Shown: positions 37,177 through 47,900 of the stretch, one piece after another
How positions within the stretch are numbered: the stretch's first letter is position 1
Layout of the letters: every line of letters starts with the position of its first letter
Source: an uncultured virus (IMG/VR IMGVR_UViG_3300033067_001366)
Lineage: Duplodnaviria; Heunggongvirae; Uroviricota; Caudoviricetes
Reading direction: 5' to 3' (one strand)
IMG/VR virus record: IMGVR_UViG_3300033067_001366
Length of the DNA stretch: 64,000 bases
The notes under the pieces: generated by a model
Told to the model about the DNA's origin: nothing
Seen by the model: the letters and a program-made list of their open reading frames with translations, nothing else
Database searches by the model: none
Made by a program: the position numbers and the translations under genes

Positions 37177-39996
37177 ATGAAAAAAACACTCTTATTGCTC
37201 GCCCTCTGCGCGTTCTGTGGTGAAGTGCGCGCCCAGGTGTCCGGATGGAAGAACGGAGACGTCGGCGCGCCATCTGTTTCCGGTAATGCCTCCGAGGCCT
37301 CAGGCACGGTCACGATCTCGGATGCTGGCCTGCAGCTCTACGATCGTCAGAAATCCTCCGGCCACGCGGTCTATAACCGCACGAAAGAAGAAGGCTCGTC
37401 GAAGTGGGTCACGGCTCGTATTACGGCGATCAGCTCGCCCGATCCGCAGGCGCAGGCTTGTGTGGGGTTCTTTGATGGCAGGAATCACGACTCGCGATTC
37501 GCGGCGCTGTGTATCACCAAGTCGGCCGGACTGAAGTTCTACTCCCGATACGCCGAGCGATCGTTTGCCGTGGTTGCGGAGCTGTCTGGGATCACTGCGC
37601 CGGTCTACCTGCGTGCGCGACGCGTGCTGGACGCAACCGCTGGTGGGTACGACGTGACGGCGCAATATTCGTCGGATGGCTCGACCTGGACGACTGTCGG
37701 TACCGTAAGGGTTCCGCAACTGGCGTACATTTGCATGGTCGGCGTCGCCACAAGTGCGCATTCAACCAGCCTTCAGACGACGACGGTCACGAATCTGGCC
37801 AGCGATTACACTCCGCTCTCAGCTTTCTATGTTTCGCCGACGGCCTCTGGGAGTGGCAACGGATCGGAGGATTCGCCCTGGACGTTAGATCAGGCCTGGC
37901 GTACACAGTTCGGAAGCATTCCGGCAGGCTCAATCCTTTTCATGCGGGACGGTTCGGCAGGCAATCCTGTCAATCAGCAGCCGTACCGAGCAAAGCTCAC
38001 TGTGAAAACGAGCGGCACACTCGGTTCTCCGATCGAGCATCGTGCTTATCCTGGCGAGCTGCCGATTGTGAATGGTCGAGTGGTCAAGCGACTGGTAACG
38101 CCGATTACGGCGGCGACAGGGCCGAATTCCTGCGGGTTTACTTTGGACAATGGCGACTTCCTGGAGTCGGGGGTCAAACTTTCGATTGATGGTCCAGGTA
38201 TTCGCGGCGAGGATCTGCGCGTTACGAATTGTACCGTCGGTTGCACAGTGATCGGCGATGCAACGCCGACGGGCTGCCTGCGTGGGGACAATGGCACGAC
38301 GCCTGCGACGTATCCCGCTGGGCAGATTGTCGGCATCTGGGGGACGGTGGTTACCGTCACTGGCAGTTATAACGACTTCTACGATTTGGAGGTCACGCAG
38401 GACGCCATTTCCCGCGTCAATGTGGATGGTCGCTATGCTGGTGTGACTCAGAATGAGGATCAGCAGTGGCCCTCCTTTGTTGGTCCGGCCTTCTCTAATC
38501 AGGGCGTCAAGAACAACTTTTATGGATTGAATATCAACAACAATGCCGACGGCATGTCGGGTTTCACGGCGACCGACGGGGATATGGACTCGATCTATAT
38601 TCACAACAATGGCGGCGGCGGCAACAATCGCTGCAATGGCCATGGCACTTACCTGCAGAGCAAGTCGCCGAACACGCGCTACATCCGTCGCGCAATGAGT
38701 ATTAACAATTTTGCCGCGGCGATTAAGATCGGGGCCGTTTCCGGTCCGGTGCTCAATTACAGCCTGCTTGATTCTATTGGCCAGAATGGTGGCGCGCAGT
38801 GTTTGCGCGGCTCCTGGGGGGCGACAGGGCAGGGCGTGCAAACGCTGGACCTGGTGACTGATGGTCTGCCGATTCAGAACGCGACCGTGGATAACAGTGT
38901 CTTTTGGGGCAATCCGAAGTCCTCCACACAGGTTGCCTTCTTTGGCTACGTCAATGCCAATAACGACAATGGCACCCTGACGAACAGCTATATCCTGAAT
39001 GGCAATCGCCTGCTGCTGTCGCAGAATTGGCGCCGATTAAACCTGTCGGGAAACTTCTTCTATGCGACGAACACGGCGCAGGCTCCGGAGATCGTCAACA
39101 GTAAGTGGACGACGTACGGTCCCTTCGCCGGCAAGGCGAATCTGACGGGCACGACGCTGACGCGCGTCAGTGGTGACAACTTCCAGCCGACGAGCTGGTC
39201 GAACTCTCTGTGCGTGGAAGGTTGCCAATCTCAGCTCAGCTTGTCGGGTGGGGCCTGCGGAAACGGCAACTATAACGTCGTGGTTGATTCAGTGTCGGCA
39301 GATGGCCAGACGCTGCAATTGACGCAGGGCGTCGCCGGGACGTGCTCGAACCTGAATTTTAGTGTGAGTCAGGTCCAGTCGCATCCCATCGCCGGGAGTT
39401 ACGCGTACAACAACAACACCTACTGGAATAATCTGGCGGGGAACGATTTCGGCACGACGCCGGCCAGCAGTGACAACGCGACCTATGTGTTCGCCTGGTC
39501 GCGCAATGCTCGCTCGGCTGCGATTGCCAATGTGTTTCACGCGACGTCCGGGATCTGCTCCGGCGGCTCGACGCTGACGGCTCCTCCAAACTTCAGCGGA
39601 CCGACGGATTGCAGTTGGCGTGGCTGGTCCGGCAATGACGCAACGTCAACTTTCAACACGGGCAAGCCCACCTCGGCGGCCAACTTCGTCAAATTCTACA
39701 AGTTGATCGACGGCCTGGCGACCGGCTGGCGCGCGTTCGTCTGGGCGCAGGATTGGGCCGACACTGGCCTGGTCACTCTCTCATCAGCCAACCTCGACAC
39801 GATCATGAAGCCGGGGGACCTCTTCGAAGTTCGAAAGGGCGAGAACTACGACGCCATTGTTTTTTCCGGGACCTATGCGGGTTCCACGATTACGTTCAAT
39901 GTCACTGACCAGACCGTGAAGGCGGCAAAAGGTCATGGCTACAACCTCAAGAGCACTTTCCCAAGAGGCGGAGCGCTCATCGTTCGAGTCAAATAA
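37177..39996 (+). CDS. Secreted lectin-like + beta-helix (polysaccharide lyase-like) protein
   Basis: Start re-called to MKKTLLLLALCAFCGEVRA-Q; ConA-like N-domain, FYVSPTASGSGNGSEDSPW and RAYPGELPIVNG beta-helix motifs. Confidence 0.75.
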   Translation: MKKTLLLLALCAFCGEVRAQVSGWKNGDVGAPSVSGNASEASGTVTISDAGLQLYDRQKSSGHAVYNRTKEEGSSKWVTARITAISSPDPQAQACVGFFDGRNHDSRFAALCITKSAGLKFYSRYAERSFAVVAELSGITAPVYLRARRVLDATAGGYDVTAQYSSDGSTWTTVGTVRVPQLAYICMVGVATSAHSTSLQTTTVTNLASDYTPLSAFYVSPTASGSGNGSEDSPWTLDQAWRTQFGSIPAGSILFMRDGSAGNPVNQQPYRAKLTVKTSGTLGSPIEHRAYPGELPIVNGRVVKRLVTPITAATGPNSCGFTLDNGDFLESGVKLSIDGPGIRGEDLRVTNCTVGCTVIGDATPTGCLRGDNGTTPATYPAGQIVGIWGTVVTVTGSYNDFYDLEVTQDAISRVNVDGRYAGVTQNEDQQWPSFVGPAFSNQGVKNNFYGLNINNNADGMSGFTATDGDMDSIYIHNNGGGGNNRCNGHGTYLQSKSPNTRYIRRAMSINNFAAAIKIGAVSGPVLNYSLLDSIGQNGGAQCLRGSWGATGQGVQTLDLVTDGLPIQNATVDNSVFWGNPKSSTQVAFFGYVNANNDNGTLTNSYILNGNRLLLSQNWRRLNLSGNFFYATNTAQAPEIVNSKWTTYGPFAGKANLTGTTLTRVSGDNFQPTSWSNSLCVEGCQSQLSLSGGACGNGNYNVVVDSVSADGQTLQLTQGVAGTCSNLNFSVSQVQSHPIAGSYAYNNNTYWNNLAGNDFGTTPASSDNATYVFAWSRNARSAAIANVFHATSGICSGGSTLTAPPNFSGPTDCSWRGWSGNDATSTFNTGKPTSAANFVKFYKLIDGLATGWRAFVWAQDWADTGLVTLSSANLDTIMKPGDLFEVRKGENYDAIVFSGTYAGSTITFNVTDQTVKAAKGHGYNLKSTFPRGGALIVRVK

Positions 39997-40017
39997 CCCT
40001 ACAAGGAGAATCGAATT

Positions 40018-40557
40018 ATGCGAATCAGTAAATTCTGCGCAGCCGCAACTGCGGCTCTTTTTGCCATTGCTATTTCTTTGGTCTGTTTCACTGGAGGACG
40101 CGCGCAAGCGGCGACACCTCCCAATGCTGGAAAGTGTTGGACGAAGACTGGTTGGGTGAAATGCACGCCGACGCAGCGCAAGAAACAGGACGAGATCGTG
40201 AGCGCGGCGACGTTGAAGCTTCAGGAAGTAGCCAAGAATGCGCCCAAGGCTGACGCGAAGAAGGCAGACAAGGTTCCAGCCATCATTACGATCGAAATTG
40301 CATCTGTCGTCGAACTGCAAAAGCGCCAGATCGAAGCGCTCGCTGCAGAGGTGGAGGTTAAGCGCCTGGAAGACCGGTTAAATGATCAGCGCAAGAAGGC
40401 GCAGACCGCGCAGGCCGCGTTTCAGACAGCCGTCGAAGAGGCCGCTGTCAAAGCTGGCGTTCCGAAGGAGAAGTTGCCTGATTACGAGATCACAGAAGGG
40501 CAGTCTGGCACCTGGATCGTTAAGCGAAAGGATTTAGCGAAGCTGCCGCCTCAGTAA
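40018..40557 (+). CDS. Secreted coiled-coil protein
   Basis: AAGGAG RBS; signal peptide ending AQA-A; CWTKTGWVKC pair; coiled coil. Confidence 0.7.
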   Translation: MRISKFCAAATAALFAIAISLVCFTGGRAQAATPPNAGKCWTKTGWVKCTPTQRKKQDEIVSAATLKLQEVAKNAPKADAKKADKVPAIITIEIASVVELQKRQIEALAAEVEVKRLEDRLNDQRKKAQTAQAAFQTAVEEAAVKAGVPKEKLPDYEITEGQSGTWIVKRKDLAKLPPQ

Positions 40558-40606
40558 TTGAGTGGGTGATCTTCTTTTCTGATAACTGAAAACCAGGAGA
40601 AACGCG

Positions 40607-41959
40607 ATGCCATTAGGTTTAGAAAAACTCGGAGAATTCTTTAAGCACATTCTCAGTATGGATCCGGACAAGGGGGTTCTGGGCAGCATTGCTCAGAAGG
40701 CCAAGCCTCCGGCTGGTATGGACTCCAGTGCGTTAACGCCAGGCATCGCGGGCGGCAATCCTTTAGAGATTGCCGCCCGTTCTGGTATTGGCGACGGTGG
40801 TGGCGTGCAAGGAGAGTCGGCTGCGCCTGGGAATTGGGGCATTCGCCTGCCGGAGCCGGGGGCAATGACAAGGCCGCCTATTTCGCAGCCTGGAATGTCT
40901 GGGCCGAGGCTAATGACGCAGGATCCATCTGGAATGGCGCATCCCGATTTGCAGCCACCGCAAATGGACCTGGATCGCAGCCATGCGCCCATTCCGCAGC
41001 TCCCTGGCCGATCCGGGCCGCCGCGTCCCTGGGATCCGCGGACAGAGCACGAGTATGACTGGATGATGAAGCATCTGCCGCTGGAGCGCAGCGAGGTCAC
41101 GAATCCGGACGGATCCACATTCGAGGGAGATACGCTTCGGGAGCCGACGGGCGGCGATCGCTTCAAGTCCGGGCTAAAGAGCGCGGGCATCAGCATGCTT
41201 CGATCTGTGGCGACCGCGCCTCCGGGCACTTCAACTCGGAATTTGCTGGGTCGCGCGATCGGCGCTGGTGGCGCTGGTGGCGTCGCTGGTGCGTATTCTC
41301 CTGCGGGCGAGAAGCAGCTCGAGTACGACACGTTCGAGGAGCCGAATTTCGAGCGAGAACATCAGCGCCAGAGTCAGTACCAGCGCGAGCAGCGCGACAC
41401 GCAGGGTGGGATTCTCGACCAGCAGGCGAAGGCCGCCAATATTGGCCACACGCGCGCGCAAACGCATGAAATCGAAGACTCCATTCTTAACGGGAAGGCG
41501 CGCGATCGTTACCTTCCTGTGCGCGACGGCCTCTGGGACAGCAAGGAGCAGTATTGGGTTCGCGAGCCGAACGACAAGCCGCAGATCCGCAGTGCAGTTG
41601 ATCCCGACGGCGTCTCTCGAACTTACGCCTACTACTCAGACGGCGAGAAGGTGATGCTTGGTGAATCGGAGCGCGCCAAGGTTGCCGGTGATGCCAATAC
41701 CTCACGCGAGAAGATCGCTGGCGACCGCAATAAAACCACCGTACAGACAACGCAGATGCGTCAGGACGGTGCGAACGGTCGGGCTGCCTCGTCGCAGGCT
41801 GGCCAGGATCGCCGAACCACTCAGCGCCAGGCTGGTAAGGGCGGTGGCGCTGGAAAGGTTGCAACGATGGGCCAGGTCCAGCAATACGCTTCAGATCACA
41901 AGATGAGCGTCGAGGCGGCCAAGCAAAAAGCAATTTCCGAAGGATTCACGATCAAGTAA
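40607..41959 (+). CDS. Ejection (DNA transfer) protein
   Basis: AGGAG RBS; disordered, Gly-rich hydrophobic hairpin; precedes giant ORF. Confidence 0.6.
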   Translation: MPLGLEKLGEFFKHILSMDPDKGVLGSIAQKAKPPAGMDSSALTPGIAGGNPLEIAARSGIGDGGGVQGESAAPGNWGIRLPEPGAMTRPPISQPGMSGPRLMTQDPSGMAHPDLQPPQMDLDRSHAPIPQLPGRSGPPRPWDPRTEHEYDWMMKHLPLERSEVTNPDGSTFEGDTLREPTGGDRFKSGLKSAGISMLRSVATAPPGTSTRNLLGRAIGAGGAGGVAGAYSPAGEKQLEYDTFEEPNFEREHQRQSQYQREQRDTQGGILDQQAKAANIGHTRAQTHEIEDSILNGKARDRYLPVRDGLWDSKEQYWVREPNDKPQIRSAVDPDGVSRTYAYYSDGEKVMLGESERAKVAGDANTSREKIAGDRNKTTVQTTQMRQDGANGRAASSQAGQDRRTTQRQAGKGGGAGKVATMGQVQQYASDHKMSVEAAKQKAISEGFTIK

Positions 41960-41966
41960 TAAGTCT

Positions 41967-44900
41967 ATGTTCGAAGATCAAGGACAAGATCCAGTCGAAA
42001 GCTTTGGCGATTTTGTTTCGCGGACGAGCACGAGTGCGCCTGCGAAGCGAAAGCCTGCACCAGTACCAGCACCGTCAGTGCCAGCGCCTGGCAGTTTCGG
42101 AGAGTTCGTTCAGCGGTCGAAGTCGCAGCGACAGCCGGATGGTCCAGAGGTTCCTGATTGGGCACTGCGCCAGCAACGCACGATTGACGTGGTTCCGGAC
42201 GCGCTCGATTTTCGAGGGCCGACGGAAGGGGACAAGCTTGTTGACCGGGCAATGACTGCCGCTGGGGCTGTGGCTCCTCCGCCGACGGAAGCTCGGATTG
42301 GACGCACGGCGTTTGCGCGCAAGGTTCGCCCGCAGCGCTCGGCCGCGGCCGTTGCTTCTGACGATGCGGCCGCGCAGAGTTTCCAGCGGTCGACCACGCC
42401 GGAATGGACGGACAACGAGCCGTTAACGCCCGAAGAGCGCCATCAGGCCAGCGAAGGGTTCCTGGCGTCGTTGGCGCTCGACAAGCAGGCCCGGGAGCAG
42501 GAAGCCAAGGCCGCGGTCGAAGCCGAGGCCAGGCGTGCGCCGAAGGATGCATTCAGTCGGGTGGGTGGTAATTTCGCTCGGGGTGTGGTCAGTGGGGCTG
42601 GCCAGCCGATCGAGATGATGGCCACCGACGATCGTCATCCGGTTCTGAAAGAGGTTGCAGCTAAAACGCTGGGCGATATCGAAGACGTCGCGCGGGAGTA
42701 TTTTCCGCTGGACCATCGGGATCCTGCCAAGCTGAATCCATTTAAGGGCGATTTCTACTCGGCCGACAACGCCGGCAAGATTCTGACGGAGTCCATTCCG
42801 TATGCGGCAGGCACGACAGTCCCGTTTGCAGCCATTTCTGCTGGCGCTGGCGGCGTGGCGTCATTGCTTGCTCCGGAGGCGGCGGCCGCTGAGGTTATTC
42901 CTCGAATGACAGTGGCCGACGCGATTCCGGCCTGGGCCGCGCGCCGATTGCCATCCAGGCTGGCCGCGCGCGAGCTAACCGAGGGCGTGACCGGTGCAGA
43001 TCTGGTTGGTCGCGCGTCGGCGTCTGCGACAGGTGCGTCGTCGACGGCCGCGCAAGAATACGAGGCGGCAAAACGTGCCGGCATGAGCGATAACGAGGCT
43101 GCGCGGTCGGCAGCGATTGGCGCGGTGATTGGGATGTCGGAAGGCCTCGGCGCTCCGTCTACCGTCGGCCAGTTCCGTCGGGGAGCGCATATCGCGAATG
43201 AGGCGATCGAGGAGGCTCTCCAAGAAGGCTTCTCGCAGGCAGCGACTGGCGTCAATGCCAAGTATCTGACGGGCTACGATCCCAACAAGCCTGTTTCAGA
43301 AATTGCCGGCGAAGCTGCTGGGAACGCCCTGGTCGGCGGCGCTGTCGGTGGCCTGATGGCAACGCCTGGCGGAATCAGCAAACCGCACACGGCCCCGTCT
43401 CCGCAAACGCATATTCGACCACAGATTGATGAGCGGTCCCGGCTGAACGAGGCCGCGCTCGCACAAGCTGCTACGTCGCCAGCCGCGCCGGCCGCGCCTA
43501 CTAACCAAGGTGGAACTCAGGCGAATCCTCAGCCGGCCGCGCCTCCTCAATCAGCTCCGGCTGTATTGTTTCCAAATGCCCAGGTTCAGCCAGCAGTTGA
43601 AGACCTTTCCTCGCTGTCGCCGACGGATCGAGTTGCTAAGCTCCTGGAACGCACGAAGCAGATGCGCGAAGGGAAAACACAGGCCAATGTTGAGCAGCAG
43701 CTCAATAAAGAGTTTACGGAGGCCTCCGGGCTTCTGGACGCGGCAGAGCAGGGCTGGGATGTGGACCGTCCGACCGCTGAGTTGTATGTCCAAGCGGGCG
43801 CGAAGCGGCTGAAGGCCGCGCTGGGTACACTTCAATCCTCTCCGGGCTTCCAAGCGGAACTTCAGGCGGCGGCATCGGGTCAGCCGTTACCGGCGACTCC
43901 GTACACGACGGCAGTTCGGACAATTCAGGATCGCCTGGCCAACGCGGACGCGCTGGTCAATCGAGATGCCGACATTGAGCGTATTCAGAAAGAGGGCCAG
44001 ACCGAGGTTGATCGCATTCAGAAAGAGCTTCAGGTCGAGGCCGACCAGGCTCAAAAAGAACAGGTCAAGCTCCAGCGACGGGACGCGAAGGAGCAGGCCA
44101 AGTTCGATCGAAAGGCCCAGAAGGAAGAAGACAGGGCGAGCCGCCTGGAGGCTCGCCGGCAGCAGCAAGAAGCAAACAAAAAAGCGCGCCAGGTGGAGAT
44201 GGAGAACCAGCGCCAGACCGCCCAAAATGAGCGCGATCGCAAGCTTGCCGTGGCAGAGCTTCAGCGAATTTCTGCCCACAATGCGGCGCTTCAGCAGGCC
44301 GACGAAGCGGGTCGGCGCTCCCTGCAGTACCACAACGAGGGCCGCACTTCGGAGGCGGTTGCCGAGTTAGTCGTGCAGCAAAATCAGATCCGGGACGCGG
44401 TGAAGTATCTGCCTCGAACCCCAGATGCGCAGGCCGTTAAGGCTGATCTGAATCGGTATTCTGGCCAGATCGGCAATCGGATCGGAGACCTGCGCAGGCA
44501 GATGCGCGGCGGTCGTAGTGGGCGCGGCGAGGTGACGCAACCGATTCCTTCGCTGCTGTCTGCGGATGCGATTGTTAATCCGGAAGGCGGAGTGCCTAGA
44601 ATGCCGAAGCCTTACGAGGAGGCGCATTATCAGCCTGGCTCCTCGTTCCAGCGTCTGGCAGAAGAGCAGCGCGACGAGACAGAGGAGACGACGCCACTAC
44701 TGACCGCGATTCGTCGTCTGGGCGGCATTCGTGACGATGGCATCACGGGCGGCGAGCTTCGTCGGCTGGGGGTGAAAGAGTCTGGAACGACCGGGATTGC
44801 CAATCGCAACGGCTCTCCGCCAGATCGGATGCGCGAGATGCTGGCCAGTGAAGGCTACCTGCCAGATGACTCGACGGTTAGCGACCTGTTTGATGCGATC

Positions 44901-47900
44901 GAAGCCGAGATGCGTGGGGGCAGTGATACCAGCGAGGAGGAAAGCTTCGACGAATACTATCGGCGCCTGGCCGAAGAAGAACGCAACGCACAACGTCGGG
45001 GCGACGGGGAGGCGGGGAGAGATTCTTTCGAGGAGTACCTGGCTAGGCAGGATCGTCGCGCGGAGAATGTGCCGACGGAAGGTCGAGCCGACAATACGCA
45101 TGCGAATGATTCGTTTACAGAATTTCTCGACAAGCATGGCAAGGATTTGACAGACGAAGAGGCCGAGGATTTTGCCGCCTATGAGCGGACGATTAAACGA
45201 TCCCTGTCGGAAAATCCCAGGCCGTATGGCGAGCGCACTCGGCCACCAGAACCTGGTTCCAGTGGGCTGTCGTTCTCCGGGTTCAATATCATGCTTCGGC
45301 GTAATGGGGAGAAGATCGAGCGTCTGCGCACGATGGACCTCAACTCGCCCAAGGCGCAGCAGATCATTTCCGAGATCGAAGCTGACAACGCTCGTATGGG
45401 CCTGGAGGATAATCGGAGCCATCTGACGCCACACCTGGAAGAGCTGATCACGATGATCATGTCTGATCAGTTTGAGGCGCTCGCGGAGGAGGAAGAGACT
45501 CTTCTGGATCAGATCGGGGACGAGGCGGAATTACATCCCGAAGAGGATCGGCCCGCAATTGACAGGGAGATTGCCGCGCTCGATCTTGTTTTTGAAGACA
45601 AAGATTTGCTGGAACTACTTGAAGTCGCCTCCAGGGGTGATGATAATGCGGCCAGCCAGTTTATTGACTATGGAACTCAGTTTTATGGAATCACAGAGCA
45701 AACAGCCCAAGACCTTATCGAAACTCGAAGAGCAGCGCGCGCAGCTCGCCGAGAAAACTTGGCGCATCACGATGCTCCGAGGCCTGCTCAGCAAGCTCCA
45801 AGCGCGCCGGAAAAACTCACCGACCGAGAAGTCCAGCTCCTAAGAACCAATCCGTCTGACGTTTTCGACGAGCAGTTCGATTCGTACATGCACGCGATCG
45901 AAGACCTGCATGCGCGCGCCGTGCGCGGTGAAGTGGATGTGGATCCGGGGACTATCTATGATCCTGCTCGGTGGGTGGGCGTGCCGTCGGATGTGGTCAG
46001 CAGGCTGATTGAAAATAAGTCAGCACCTCGAGCACCGCTGCTTAATCGGATTCACGGTAATCGAGGGGGTCGGGTTGAGAAGAACCGCCTGCCTGCGCGT
46101 GAGAATGTTGAGATTATCAACAAGTATAAAAACGCGGACCTGCTACGCCTGGCCAAGCCGACGCGCGCCAATAGAATGAGCCGGCTGACGCAGATCATTA
46201 ACGCTGCGAAGATAACGGTCGAGAAGAATCCATCAGGCGCTTCCAAGGTTTGGATGGGCGAGGTTCGCGATCTGCTGGAGCGTGCGCTGGCTGCGCGCGC
46301 TCAGTACGAGAAGGAGAATCCGCCGAAAGCTCCGGCCGCCAAGCCTGTTCCTGGAGCCGTCGTGCATCCGGATCCCAAGCTGGACGGCAAGCCAGTGCTG
46401 GCCAGAACGTCCGATGGGCGCGTCGTGGTCGAGAATCCCGATAATAAGGGCGGCGTTTCGATCGTCAAGGATCGCTCCGGCGAAGTGGAGGGCAGGGAGT
46501 TCGTGCCGCTGGCTGGACCGACTGATCCGGCCGTGATCAAGAATCGCAAGCGCGAGATCGGCAAGCTGATGCCTTTCAATATTCAGGGCAACAAGTCCGA
46601 TCTGCTGGCGAAGGGGCTAGGGGCATTGATGGAGCGTGCAGCCAAGGGCACCCGCCGGATGATTGACGCGTTCGCTGGCTCCGGGACCTATACGCACTAC
46701 ATGCGGTCGCGAAAAATTGCGAACCAGGGCGACATTCTGAACGAGTTCGAGCCGCTCAGGTATATCGCCCACAAGCAGCTCCGGGACAATCCGGAAGCCG
46801 TGGCGGCTGAGGCCGATCGGGTGGTGGCGGATCTGCGCAAGCTGACCGCGCCGATCCGTGAGGGAGAACCGTTCAGCGATACGCACGATCGCATTCGACA
46901 GCAGGTCGCTGCCTACTTTCAGGGCCGCCTTCGGGCGCTGGTTGTCGAGGGGGAAAGCCTCAACGAGCGCGGTCGGACGGGCGAGCCCGTGGAGATGGTG
47001 GACTCGCCGGAGACGGCGGGCATATATCTGGTTCTTCAGAATCAGTCGTTTAATTTCCTGCCGGTCCAGGCAGAGGTGTCGGCGCCGACGGTTAGCGAAA
47101 ACCAGAGCGCGTTTAATTTCTACGAAGAAGATGCAGCCGCGCGTGAGCCGAAGTTCCGGTTGCCTGGGTTCGGCGTCATCAGCAATGAGGGCGGCAAGGT
47201 CGGACTGTTTGCACACGGTCGCGAGCGGATCCTGCAATCCGGGTCGCGTGCGATTGAAGCGGGCCGTCGAATGCAGGGTGTTGATGTTCGTCGGGGCGAT
47301 GGCTGGGCGCTGATCGGCCGCGAGGCCAAGGCGGGCGATCTGGTTCCGGTGGATACGTCGTATCTCAATCGTGGCAGCCAGGAGACCTCGAATTACAACA
47401 AGGCGACCGCCGAAGACGCTGTGCCGGCCATTTATAACGAGAAGGTTCGGAAGAATCTCTTGCCAGCCTGGGATCGCGGAGCTAAGCTCGTTATCACCAA
47501 TAATTGGGACGAGGGTGTCGCATCTTTCTTGCGGTCGCTAGGGTTCCGACTGGTGAAAGCCTTTAGACAAGGAGCTTCAAAAGATGACATCCAATCAGGA
47601 GGCGCGGCCGAACTCATCGCCGTCAACTTCGATCCCGCAACCGGCGAATTCTTTGAACGGCGACGAGATGATGCACCTGGCGTCGCTGCCGAAATCGTTA
47701 GCCGCCCAGCTCTCGACCGACGAGGCGCTGCTGGTGGTCAGGTCGAGTCCGGACGCCTGGCCGGACAGCCTGAAGGAAAAGATGCGGCCGTTCGCGGACG
47801 AGGAGTTGATTCAGGCAATGCAGGCCAGTTAACCGAGGAGCCGTCGTGGGTGACTGAGGCGCGCGCTCGCGTTGCCGGCGGTCGCCCGCAGCTCCCAGAC

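Noticed and set aside
44797..45150. Further nested +1 ORF in the giant gene
   Set aside because: No properly spaced RBS, and Arg/Cys-rich off-frame composition
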